From an uncultured Candidatus Rokubacteria bacterium (GTDB lineage Bacteria > Methylomirabilota > Methylomirabilia > Rokubacteriales > DASRDR01): DNA of 64,000 bases. Within the stretch, counting starts at the first letter, position 1. Each line of letters opens with the position of its first letter. The stretch is taken from positions 1 through 64,000 of the forward strand of contig CAVPSB010000014.1 of the NCBI GenBank assembly GCA_963708025.1, written 5' to 3'. The translations under genes and the position numbers were made by a program. Positions 11,033 to 21,443 of this stretch are shown here, in pieces. Under the pieces are notes generated by a model. It did no database searches, was not told the origin of the DNA, and saw nothing but the letters and a program-made list of their open reading frames with translations.

Positions 11033-11678
11033 CCCGTTGGAGCGTCGTCAGGATGCCAGAGAGTGCGCCAAGAAACGCGCTCATCCAGGACGTGGACTTT
11101 GCTTCCGCCCTTGGGAATCTCGTTGCGCCGGTTCCGCGGCTGCCATAAGGTAACGTGTGATCAAACGAGGTGCCGCTGCGGGTGCGGGCCCTTTCCTGTG
11201 AGCTCCTGCGTCAGATGATGGAGGGCGCTCGGCGTGATCGCGGTTTCCGCCCGAGACGCGCTCAGGCGCTCGACCTCGTGCAGCGGCACCGGCCGCACGT
11301 AATGCCGTCTGGTGTGCTCATGCTCACATGTCCATCACAGGATCACCCATCGGTCGCGCCCTTTTCCACCGGCAGGGCAATGCCGGCCTACCCTGCCAGG
11401 TACCGCCGGCGGGGGGGCGCCACCTGGCGGTTATCGGTCTAGCAGGATGCGGAAACATCGGGTGAAAGGCCACGGGTGTCGGCTCCAAGGTATCGCGAAG
11501 ACGCTCGCTCGGCTCCGCTCGCTGCGGCGACGGTCCGCGTGGCCTCGAGGCCGCGCTCCGGCTCATCCGGTAGCCTCCGCCAAGTTGCGAATCCGGACTA
11601 CACTTCCCGATCCTCCTGGGCGGCGACGTTCTCGGGGTGATGGTGTTCTTCAGCTTCACGATCTGAACGGAGGCAGCC

Positions 11679-14483
11679 ATGTCCGAGCAAATCCACGACT
11701 CCGCCTTTCCCGACGGCGACGCGGGCAAGGCGGAAGCCGTCACCGAAGTCCGGCATGAAGCAGCTCTGCTCAAGACGGGCGCCTTGCAGAACGCGATCTT
11801 TAACAGCGCCAACTTCTCCAGCATCGCCACCGACGAGAAGGGTGTCATTCAATTATTCAATGTCGGTGCGGAGCGCATGCTGGGCTACGCGGCCGCCGAT
11901 GTGCTGGACAAGATCACCCCGGCCGACATTTCCGATCCGCAGGAAGTGATCGCGCGCGCCAAGGCGTTGAGCATCGAGCTCGCCACCCCGATTACGCCGG
12001 GCTTCGAGGCCTTGGTTTTCAAAGCCTCGCGCGGCATCGAAGACATTTACGAGCTGACTTACATCCGGAAAGATGGCAGCCGCTTTCCGGCCGTCGTGTC
12101 GGTCACGGCATTGCGCGACGCGCAAAACACCATCATCGGTTACCTGTTGATCGGCACCGATAATACTGCGCGCAAGCAGGTCGAAGCGGACCAGAAGCAG
12201 CTCGATCAGCGCCTGCGCGACCAGCAGTTCTACACGCGCTCTCTCATCGAGTCGAACATCGACGCGCTGATGACCACCGATCCGTCCGGCATCATCACCG
12301 ACGTCAACAAGCAGATGGAGGCGCTCACTGGTTGCACGCGCGACGAATTGATCGGCGCGCCGTTCAAGAACTACTTCACCGATCCGGAGCTGGCCGAGAC
12401 GGCTATCAAACTGGTGTTGAGCGAAAAGAAGGTCACCAACTACGAACTCACCGCGCGCGCCAGGGACGGCAAGGAAACCGTGGTGTCCTACAACGCGACT
12501 ACCTTCTACGATCGGGATAGGAGGTTGCAGGGCGTGTTCGCCGCAGCGCGCGACGTCACCGAGCGCAAACGCTTGGATCAGGTTCTGCAGGAGAAAAATG
12601 TCGAGCTCGAGAGCGCCAAGTCCGCGGCGGAAAGAGCCAATCTGGCGAAATCGGATTTCCTCGCCCGCATGAGCCACGAGATCCGGACGCCGATGAACGC
12701 CATCATCGGCATGGCGGACCTGCTGTGGGAGACCTCGTTGGTCTCGGAGCAGCGCGAGTACGTCCGCATCTTCCGGAAGGCGGGGAACCAGCTCCTGGAC
12801 CTGATCAACGACATCCTGGACCTTTCCAAGGTCGAGTCCGGCCATCTGGTGCTCGAGAGCATCGACTTCGATCTCGGCGAGGTCCTCGACAAGACCCTCG
12901 AGATGATGGCGATTCGCGCCCACGAGAAGGGGCTCGAGCTGGCGCTCCGCATCGCTCCGGAGATCCCCACCGCACTGCTCGGCGATCCGGCCCGACTCCG
13001 GCAGGTGCTCATCGATCTCATTGGCAACGCCATCAAGTTCACGGAGCAAGGCGAGGTGATCGTGCGGGTCGAGCGTGATCCCGAGGACGCCGCCCCTGGC
13101 GCACTGCGGTTCGCGGTCTGCGACACCGGGATTGGGATTCCCGAGGAGACGCGCGAGCTGATCTTCGCCCCCTACTCCCAGGTCGACACCTCCACGACGC
13201 GCAAGTTCGGCGGGACCGGCCTCGGACTGACCATCTCGCGGCGCGTCGTCGAGCTGATGCAGGGGCGGATCTGGGTGGACAGCAGCCTCGGCGCCGGAAG
13301 CACGTTCTACTTTACGGCTCGGTTCGCGGTCGGCAGCAAGCCCCCGCTCAGGGTCCCCTCCGGGCCGATGGATCTCAAGGACGTGAAGACCCTGGTCATC
13401 GACGACAACACGGCGAACCGGCTGATCCTCAAGGAGATGCTCTCGCAATGGGGCGCCGTGGTGATGGAAGCGGCCGGGGGCGCGCAGGGGCTCGCGGAGC
13501 TGCTGCGGGCACAGCAGGCCAACGTCCCCTATGCCCTCGTGTTGCTGGACCGCCGCATGCCCGGAGTCGACGGGTTTCAGGTGGCCGAGCACATTCACCA
13601 GAGTCCTACCATGGCCGGGACGACCATCCTGATGCTCACCTCGGACAACCGCGCCGGGGACGCCGCCCGAGGCCGCGCGCTGGGGGTCGCGGCGTACCTG
13701 GTAAAACCGGTGAAGCGCGCCGAACTCCTGGAGGCGATCCAGGAGGCGCGCGCCGGCACGGCCCCTCTAGTGGAGCGGCCCGCAGCGCCACCTGGAGGCA
13801 TGCTGGAAGGCGCGCCAGGGCTGCGGATCCTCCTGGCCGAGGATTCCCAGGATAATGTGCTGCTGATCCAGTCTTACCTGAAAGCCAGCGGGTGCAGCGT
13901 GGACCTGGCCGGCAACGGCGAGGTCGCCTTGCGGATGTTCATCTCCGGCACGTACGACGTCGTGCTCATGGATGTCCAGATGCCGGTCATGGACGGGTAC
14001 GCCGCCACACGCAGGATCCGCCAGTGGGAAGGTGAGAACCGTGCCAGGCCGGTGCCGATCCTGGCACTGACCGCACACGCGCTGCCGGAGGAGGTCCGCA
14101 AGAGCCTCGATGCTGGCTGCACGGCCCACCTCACCAAACCCATCCGCAAAGCGATGCTCCTGCACGCCATCGAAGAGCACACCATGGGACGCGTCCGCGT
14201 CCGGGTGGACTCGAGTCTCGCGGAGCTGGTTCCCGGCTTCCTGGAGAACCGACGGATGGACGTCGAGGCGATAGTTGCAGCGCTCAAAAACGCGGATTAC
14301 GAAAACGTTCGCATCCTGGGCCACAACATGAAGGGATGCGGCGCCGGCTACGGCTTGAACCGGATTACGGAGATCGGCGCATCCCTGGAGCAGGCGGCCG
14401 GACGCCGTGAGCCCGAGGAGATTCGCGCGCGGGCCGCGGAGCTCGCCCGGTACCTCGACGGTCTCCAGGTGGAGTACGAATAA
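11679..14483 (+). CDS. Hybrid sensor kinase PAS-PAS-HisKA-HATPase-REC-REC-Hpt
   Basis: MSHEIRTPMN, GNAIKFT, DTGIGI, GGTGLGL, LLDRRMP, LMDVQMP, GHNMKG. Confidence 0.95.
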   Translation: MSEQIHDSAFPDGDAGKAEAVTEVRHEAALLKTGALQNAIFNSANFSSIATDEKGVIQLFNVGAERMLGYAAADVLDKITPADISDPQEVIARAKALSIELATPITPGFEALVFKASRGIEDIYELTYIRKDGSRFPAVVSVTALRDAQNTIIGYLLIGTDNTARKQVEADQKQLDQRLRDQQFYTRSLIESNIDALMTTDPSGIITDVNKQMEALTGCTRDELIGAPFKNYFTDPELAETAIKLVLSEKKVTNYELTARARDGKETVVSYNATTFYDRDRRLQGVFAAARDVTERKRLDQVLQEKNVELESAKSAAERANLAKSDFLARMSHEIRTPMNAIIGMADLLWETSLVSEQREYVRIFRKAGNQLLDLINDILDLSKVESGHLVLESIDFDLGEVLDKTLEMMAIRAHEKGLELALRIAPEIPTALLGDPARLRQVLIDLIGNAIKFTEQGEVIVRVERDPEDAAPGALRFAVCDTGIGIPEETRELIFAPYSQVDTSTTRKFGGTGLGLTISRRVVELMQGRIWVDSSLGAGSTFYFTARFAVGSKPPLRVPSGPMDLKDVKTLVIDDNTANRLILKEMLSQWGAVVMEAAGGAQGLAELLRAQQANVPYALVLLDRRMPGVDGFQVAEHIHQSPTMAGTTILMLTSDNRAGDAARGRALGVAAYLVKPVKRAELLEAIQEARAGTAPLVERPAAPPGGMLEGAPGLRILLAEDSQDNVLLIQSYLKASGCSVDLAGNGEVALRMFISGTYDVVLMDVQMPVMDGYAATRRIRQWEGENRARPVPILALTAHALPEEVRKSLDAGCTAHLTKPIRKAMLLHAIEEHTMGRVRVRVDSSLAELVPGFLENRRMDVEAIVAALKNADYENVRILGHNMKGCGAGYGLNRITEIGASLEQAAGRREPEEIRARAAELARYLDGLQVEYE

Positions 14484-14500
14484 GTGACACTGGAGGGAGT

Positions 14501-15835
14501 ATGCGAGTACGATTCTGGGGCACCCGGGGGTCGATCGCCGCGCCGGGCCCGGGCACCGTCCGTTTCGGCGGCAACACCTCGTGTGTGGGAGTGACGACCA
14601 GCGGGGGCGCCTGCTTCATATTTGACTGCGGGACGGGCGCCCGCCCGCTCGGCGCGGAGCTCATGGCGCACACCCCCAAGCCCATCTCGGCGACGATCCT
14701 GCTCAGCCACACGCACTGGGATCACATCCAGGGCTTTCCCTTCTTCGCCCCGCTCTTCGTTCCCGGGAACCAGATCACGGTCTGCGGTCCAGAAGGGAGC
14801 GGACATTCTCTGCGCGAAGTCCTCTCCGGCCAGATGGAGTTCACGTACTTCCCCGTCGAGATCGGCCAGCTTCCGGCCACCATCACCTTCCGAGAACTCG
14901 GAGAAGGCACGCACGAGATCGGCGGCGCGCGGATCGTCGCGCAGTACCTCCATCATCCGGCAATGACGCTGGGCTATCGCGTCGAGGCCGACGGCGCGGC
15001 TGTTGTGTACCTGTGCGACCACGAGCCCTTCTCCGAAACGCTCTGGCACGACGACCCCGCGTCCAGCCACGCCGAGTCCATCGTGCACGAGGGGGACCGG
15101 CGCCACGCGCGAATCATGGCCGGCGCCGGCCTGGTGATTCACGATGCGCAGTACACTCCGGAGGAGTACCTATCCAAAAAGAATTGGGGCCACAGCACCT
15201 ACGAGTATGCCGTGGGGCTGGCCGCCGCGGCGGGGGTGCGTCAACTCGCTCTTACCCACCACGATCCTACCCACGACGACGCTTTCGTCGAGGCGATTGA
15301 GAAGCGCGCCCGCGGGTACACCGAGCAGCTTGGTTACGCTGTCCGGGTCTGCTGCGCCTATGAGGGCCTCGATCTGGCCGTCGAGCCGCACAGCGTCCGG
15401 CAACTAGCCAGCACGCCACTGGCTCCGCACTCGGGTCGGGACGCCCTGCGCGGTAGCCACATCCTGGTCGTGGACGACGACCCTGACCTCCGTACCCTCG
15501 CGAACAAGGCTTTGAGCCAGGACGGCCACATCGTAAGCGAAGCTTCCAGCGGCCAGGAGGCACTCGCGTTGATCGACGCGCAGGCACCCGATCTTCTTGT
15601 GCTGGACCTGCTGATGCCGGAACAGGGGGGCCTGGAGGTGCTCAAAGTGCTTCGTTCCAGGCCCGCGACGGCGGCGCTGCCAGTCCTCGTGTTGACGGCC
15701 CTGGATGACGAGGTCAATACGCGGGCCGGCTTCGATCTCGGAGCCACCGACTATCTGACCAAGCCCTTCTCGATCCCGCAGCTCGCGGCGCGCGTGCGTG
15801 CCTGCCTCGCGCGCACCGGCCGCGGAGTGACCTGA
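14501..15835 (+). CDS. MBL-fold metallohydrolase with C-terminal receiver domain
   Basis: FWGTRGSI, GGNTSC, SHTHWDHIQG, WGHS, THHDP; VVDDD...LDLLMP...DYLTKPF. Confidence 0.9.
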   Translation: MRVRFWGTRGSIAAPGPGTVRFGGNTSCVGVTTSGGACFIFDCGTGARPLGAELMAHTPKPISATILLSHTHWDHIQGFPFFAPLFVPGNQITVCGPEGSGHSLREVLSGQMEFTYFPVEIGQLPATITFRELGEGTHEIGGARIVAQYLHHPAMTLGYRVEADGAAVVYLCDHEPFSETLWHDDPASSHAESIVHEGDRRHARIMAGAGLVIHDAQYTPEEYLSKKNWGHSTYEYAVGLAAAAGVRQLALTHHDPTHDDAFVEAIEKRARGYTEQLGYAVRVCCAYEGLDLAVEPHSVRQLASTPLAPHSGRDALRGSHILVVDDDPDLRTLANKALSQDGHIVSEASSGQEALALIDAQAPDLLVLDLLMPEQGGLEVLKVLRSRPATAALPVLVLTALDDEVNTRAGFDLGATDYLTKPFSIPQLAARVRACLARTGRGVT

Positions 15836-15837
15836 CC

Positions 15838-16100
15838 GGTAGGTTCCATGGACCGTCTCGACGCCGACCTGTCCACCCTTGACGCGCTCAGCGGCATAGA
15901 GCGCCACCTTGGTCTTGGCCGTCAACCACGAGTCGGTGATCCCGGTTTTTGCGTCCTGCGCGGCCGCCTTGGTTTTTCTGCTCCACCTTGTCGGCCGTCG
16001 TCTGGGACGCCACGTACGTTGGCACGGCCACGATGGCTGCGGCTCCGAATACGGCTGCTACGGGGAAAGCCACGGCTCCGAAAATCCATGAACCACGCAT
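15838..16100 (-). pseudogene. Truncated BON/OsmY gene
   Basis: Signal-like segment, then ITDSWLTAKTKVALYAAERVKGGQVGVETVHGT, cut off at the convergent MBL gene. Confidence 0.65.
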
Positions 16101-16364
16101 ACTTCTTGCCCTTCCATCATGCTAGTGGTTATAAGTCGCCACGGTGCCTTCCGCCTATTGGACCTAGGTCCAATAGGTGCTCTCGCGTGAAGCGCGTATC
16201 CTCCCTACCGGTAAGTGGAGTGCTTGGGTGGGCAGCGTTTCAGGTCGCGGGTGGACTGATTCACCTGCGCCTGGTGGTGGCGGTCATCTCGTTGATCCTC
16301 CACTTCGCACGTGGCTGCGGGGCCGGGACGTAGAATGGCTCCAGCCGTGAAAGAGGACACAGTC

Positions 16365-17008
16365 ATGCGGCGATTCAGCAGCGTGATCGCGATCTTCATA
16401 CTCCTGAGCGGATGCGCGGCGTTCAAGGGCAAACCCGTCGGCACCCCTTTTACGAACGGCGAGCTCATTGCTGAGTTACAGAAGCAGGGCGTCGGCTGGG
16501 CAGGGCTGAACCAACAGGCGACGGGCCGGTCAGCGGAAGACCGGAAGCCCGGAGTCAGGTCTGGGACGGGCTGGGCCTGGCCGAGTTCGTGGTGGCCGCA
16601 AGTCCAGCGGATCGCGCTCATCGAGGAGACGGCCAAAGGGGTGATGGTGACCCTGCCGCCCGCGCTCTTCGCCTTCGACAGCGCGGACCTCGAACCCGAA
16701 GCGCGCCTGGTGGTGGATCGGATGGCGGCCGTGCTGAATCACCCGCGGGCGATGAGCCGGAAGATTGTCTTGGAGGGACATGCCGACGCCATTGGCACCG
16801 AGGCGTACAACCTCGGTCTTTCGCGCAGACGGGCGGAAACGGTCGTTCAGGAGTTGATCGCAAGCGGGGTGCGCCGGGAGCGCCTTGCGCTACAGCCCTA
16901 TGGGAGACGCGCCCGGCCGCTCCAAACACCGCGCCCGACGGCACGGACAACCCGGGCGGTCGGGCGCAGAACCGGCGCGTCGAGACACTCATCCTGAACC
17001 ATCAGTGA
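16365..17008 (+). CDS. OmpA-family lipoprotein (frameshift near 16910)
   Basis: Lipobox LSGC; LFAFDSADL, LEGHADAIG..YN.GLS.RRA, GRAQNRRVE. Confidence 0.9.
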
Positions 17009-17095
17009 TTGCGGTCTTGGACCCGCTAACTCGGAGTCTCGAGAGCGGCGTTCCATCGCTCGCAGGTCGCAGCGAGCCGGTCGCACTGCGTAGCG

Positions 17096-18899
17096 ATGTA
17101 TAGCGTCCACTTCGGTTTTCGAGAGCAGCCGTTTGCCCTCACGTCCAATCCAGTCGTCTTCTACACGAACCCCAGCTACCCGGACGCCTGTGCCAACGTG
17201 CTCTCCGCCATCCACGCACGCGAAGGATGGGTCGTGCTGATCGGCGAGCCCGGAACGGGCAAGACCACTGTGCTCCGCCGGGTGCTGAGCGCCTTAGAGG
17301 CGCCAGTTCCCTTCGTGTTCTCTTTCAACGTGATCCTAACCTTCGACGAGATGGTGGCCTTGCTCGGCCAGCGACTGAACTGGGCGAATCCCGGCGGCAC
17401 CCAATTCGAGCGCCTCCAGGCGCTGAAGGCCTCTTTGCGGGCGCAGTTCGAGGCGGGGACTCTAATAGTTGTAGCGATCGACGACGCGCACGGGCTGCCC
17501 CAGGAGGTGTTCGAGAATCTGCACCGGCTGTCGAGCGACGAACCGGGCGGCATCAACCTCCTGCAGATCGTGGTGGCTGGACTCTCCGAGCTGGAAGCCA
17601 AGGTCGCTGCACTCCGATCGCGGTCAGACGGGCCTGGCACCCTAGTGCGGTGTCGGCTCGAGCGGCTCACAGCTCGGGAGGTGGGTCCGTATATCGACTA
17701 CCGGCTGCGGCGCGTGGGCTGCGAGCGGACCGATCTCTTTCCGCCGGTGGCGATCGAGCGTATCGCGGCTTATACCGAGGGGATTCCGCGGCTCATCAAC
17801 CAGATGTGTGACAACGCGTTGAGGATCGCGTGTGACGCGGGTCGGGAGACGGTCTCGGTGGCGATCATCGAGGAGGCCGCTCATTACCTCCAGCTCGCCG
17901 AGCCCGACAGGCTCCTCACAGAGGAGAGCGCCCCGACCTCAAGGAGGGAGACAGGCAGGATCTGGGGCGGGCTCCGCAGCCTGGAGGGCCGTCTCCTTCG
18001 GTTCTGGCCTCGGCGCCGGTTCTGGCTTCAGCGCCTGGGCTGGTCTACGCTCGGCATTGTGTTGGCATCGTTCCCCTTGTTCTTCCTCACGCGGAGTCTT
18101 CACCTGCCTCCCTCGACTTATTCCTCTCCACCCGTGCCCGTGGAGCGCTCGGGAGGTAGTAGTCCAGCCACCAGCGAGCCCGTCGCGCACGTCGCGCCCG
18201 CCGTTGAGGAGGTCGCGCGAGAAGGTCCGGAAGTGACTCGGGAGGCTCTGCCGGCAGAGAGCCGAGAGCACCCGGGATCTGCGGTATCGGTCAGAGACAC
18301 GGCCGGCCAGGCCATCGGCCGAGACGGCGGCGGGATGGCGTCGTCAGAGAGGGGCGGTGCCCGCGCCGGTGGCGAGCACAGGCGTCGCGTCGCGTGAGCA
18401 CGCCCTTCTGAGGAAGGCAGAGGATGGAGACATTCGGGGCGTTGACGTCCTGTTGACCGCCGGGGTGCCACCGGACGCGAGAGATCGGCGGGGCTTGACC
18501 CCGTTGATGCTGGCGGTCATCCATAACCACCCCACCATCGTGAAGGCCTTGATCGAGCGTGGCGCCGACGTCAACGCACGCGACAATGGCGGCGCCACCG
18601 CGTTGATGCTGGCGGTCATCAACGACCGCCCCGCCATCGTGCGGGCGCTGTTCGCCCACGGCGCCGACATCAATGCGCGCAGCAAGGCCGGCTGGGCCGC
18701 GCTGACATATGCCGCCTGGAAGGGAAATACCGACCTCGTGCGAATGCTGCTCGACAGCGGAGCCGACGTGACCTTCACCGACAAGCGGGGCTGGACCGCC
18801 CTTCAATATGCCGCCTGGAAGATTACCCGCTCTGGTCAAGCGGAAGACAGCTACCCCGAGATCCTCGCGCTCCTAGAGGAGGCTGGGAGGAAGAGATAA
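17096..18899 (+). CDS. ExeA/GspA-like AAA ATPase with TM helix, probably fused to C-terminal ankyrin repeats (frameshift near 18350)
   Basis: HFGFREQPF, GEPGTGKTT, IDDAH, GIPRLINQMCDNAL; overlapping ORF 18357-18899 has GxTPLMLA-type ankyrin repeats. Confidence 0.8.
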
Positions 18900-19922
18900 C
18901 AGTGACGGGGCGCGGCGGGGGTGACCCCTTATCCGGACGCGGCCTCCGTGGAAGGGCTTCGGAAGCCTACACCCTTATTCGCCTCTTTTCACCAGCGCTT
19001 CGAGCCACGAGGTGGCCCGTAGTGTCCGAATATTCGGCCCGGCCCGTAGTGTCCGAAAACTCATCCCGTGCTCAGGGCTCAGGCCGCGCGGTGGTAGTAC
19101 CGCAACAGCCCGCCCAGCCGGTCCCGACAACGGACGTGGGTCCCGCCCGGGGCCGGGGCTGCCGGGGTGATCAACTCGTTGCCGAGCCCCTGATGGTTCC
19201 GCTCCCCGTGGTAGTGCGCCACGAACTCGTCGAAGGCGCGGAGCAGCCGACGCTCCCCGAACAGGATCAGGCGGTCGAGACACTCCGCGCGGATCGAGCG
19301 CACGAAGCGTTCCGCGTAGGCGTTGGCATTCGGCGCCTGGACTGGCGTCAGCACGATCCGCACGCCCGCGCCTTGGACGATGCGGCGGAAGCCGTCCGTC
19401 CACTTGCTGTCGCGATCGCAGATGAGGACGCGGTGGCCCGCCAGGAAGCCATCGACCGCGTCGGTCAGTCGCCGCGCCGCCTGCGCCATGAACCACGCAT
19501 CCGGGGTCGGGGTCGAGCCCGCCACGTGGACCCGTCGGCTCCGGAGATCGATCACGAAGAGCGTGTAGTACGTGATCAGCCCTCGAGGGGTCCAGACCTC
19601 GCTGGTGAAGAAGTCGGCCCCCGCGATCGCGCCCCAGTGGGCCCGCAGGAAGGTCCGCCAGGACGACGGCCGGTCCGGCGCGGGCGGGATCCCGTGGTCT
19701 TTCAGGACTCTTGGCGACCGTACTCCGGGCCACGTCGTGACCCAGGTTCTTCAGCGCGCCCTGGATTCGCGTGTAGCCCCACGCCGGATTCTCCGTGGCC
19801 ATCCGCACAATGAGCGACGAGATCTCCTTCATGATCCCGGGACGGCCTGGCCGGTTCGGCGTGACCGTCCACTTCCGGGGCGATCAGCTGCCGGTGCCAT
19901 CGCAGACTTTCTCTGGTCCATG

Positions 19923-21152
19923 TCAAGCGATTTTTTTCGCGCGCTGCCGCAGCTGCTGTCGCGTCATCGTCGCCAGGTGGTACTGCTCGTCATACGGCAC
20001 CTGGCGCTCCCACAGGACGAAGATGATCTTCACCCACTTCGCGCCCAACGCCCGGAGGGCCTCGCGATGCGAATGGCCCCGCGCCCGCTGCGCGTCGTAG
20101 TACGCTCGCGTCCACTCACTCGAGCGCAGCGAGAGGAAGGCCACCTGGTCGACCACGTACCGCAACATCTTGTCGCAAGCGAAGCGGAAGTGGACGACGT
20201 GCTGCCTGCCGCTCTTCACGGTCACGGGCACGGCGCCGGCGTGCGCCTGCAGATGCTGAAACGACTCCCACCGCCCGGGGGCATCCCCCAGCCGCGCCCA
20301 GAGCGTGGGTGCGGTGACCCCATGCTCACCGATCGGGAGCGTCCGGATCCACTGCGCCGCCGGCATGGCTGCGAAAAAATCCTCGACCGCCTGCCGGTAG
20401 GCCCCGACGGCCGCGACCACCGCCCCCAGCTCGGTCACCAGGGCCTGCATCAGCCGGGCCTTGGCCCGCACGACGTGGGCCGGCACCGGCAGCTGCGGCC
20501 GCTGCAGGACGGCCCAGAGCTCCTGGGTTCGGGCCTCGCTCAGCCGATGGGCGCGCGCCCACCGCTGCCACTGGCGTTCGGTGAGGGCCGCCACGGCCGC
20601 CGGCGTGGGATAGGCCTTCAGGAACTCCCGCGCCAGAGCCGTCGTCAACTCCGCCACCTCCAGGCCGCGGGGATAGTACGCCTTCAGCGTGGCCGTGAGC
20701 TGGTTGACCAGGCGCGTCTGCTGCCGGATCTGCCGCTGGCAGTCCTCCGTGAGGAGCTTGAGCTCTTGGGCCGCCTCCGAGCTCGGCTGCAAGGCCTGGA
20801 GGCGTCCGTGATCCGTGCGGAGGAAGTCGGCCAGCACGCGGGCGTCAAACGGATCACTCTTCGCCCCACCCTGGCGAAACCGATCCCGCGCCCGGTCCAA
20901 TGCCTTGGGGTTCACCGGGTAGACCACGACGCCATGGTCGAGCAGGAAATCCACCACCCGGCCCTCGGGTCGCTCAATCGCCGCCCACAGCTCGATCCCC
21001 TGGGCCTGCCACTCGTGGAGCTCGCGGCCCCACTCGCTGAAGCCCGCCGCCGTGTGCGGCACCGTGCGACTCGTGACCTTCGTGCCGTGCTCCTCCAGGA
21101 CCCAGACCGCATGCTGCTGATCGGCCCAGTCGACTCCCAGGTAGTAGCGCAT
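19923..21152 (-). CDS. IS110-family DEDD recombinase
   Basis: GVDWA, AIE, KSDPFDA (DEDD); C-terminal AHAGAVPVTVKSG with the conserved Ser; intact 409 aa. Confidence 0.95.
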   Translation of the reverse strand: MRYYLGVDWADQQHAVWVLEEHGTKVTSRTVPHTAAGFSEWGRELHEWQAQGIELWAAIERPEGRVVDFLLDHGVVVYPVNPKALDRARDRFRQGGAKSDPFDARVLADFLRTDHGRLQALQPSSEAAQELKLLTEDCQRQIRQQTRLVNQLTATLKAYYPRGLEVAELTTALAREFLKAYPTPAAVAALTERQWQRWARAHRLSEARTQELWAVLQRPQLPVPAHVVRAKARLMQALVTELGAVVAAVGAYRQAVEDFFAAMPAAQWIRTLPIGEHGVTAPTLWARLGDAPGRWESFQHLQAHAGAVPVTVKSGRQHVVHFRFACDKMLRYVVDQVAFLSLRSSEWTRAYYDAQRARGHSHREALRALGAKWVKIIFVLWERQVPYDEQYHLATMTRQQLRQRAKKIA

Positions 21153-21194
21153 TCAGCGTCTCCTCCCGCTCAGTCTCGGTCGTGCCCGGCCCGG

Positions 21195-21443
21195 AGAGGT
21201 GTGAACGGCAAGGTTGGCCTTATACCGGCCCTCCGGGGGGCGACTTTCTCTGGAACCTTCGGCGCCGTTCTCTTGTCGACCGGGACAGTCTGCGATTGAG
21301 CCTCCGGGGGCTCGGAACGTGTTGGTCCTCTGGTCAACAAGTCCCCTCATGCTTGGTGAAGGGCCGCCTCTCTCACCTCTACCAGCCATCTCTTCCTGCC
21401 ATCTCTTCCTAACGGCCGGATAGAGCATCTCTTCGTCGGCCGG
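21195..21443 (-). ncRNA. Predicted IS110 bridge RNA (target-binding and donor-binding loops)
   Basis: Two stem-enclosed internal loops whose strands match the insertion target and the circle junction; ends approximate. Confidence 0.82.

Noticed and set aside
11853-13598. Long antisense ORFs (also 21958-24306, 32742-35099, 36818-39109, 57541-59823, 59882-61981)
   Set aside because: Shadow frames of well-supported genes in high-GC DNA
21385-21410. 13-bp tandem GCCATCTCTTCCT in the IS110 left end as a guide or target duplication
   Set aside because: It matches neither target nor donor; probably local slippage
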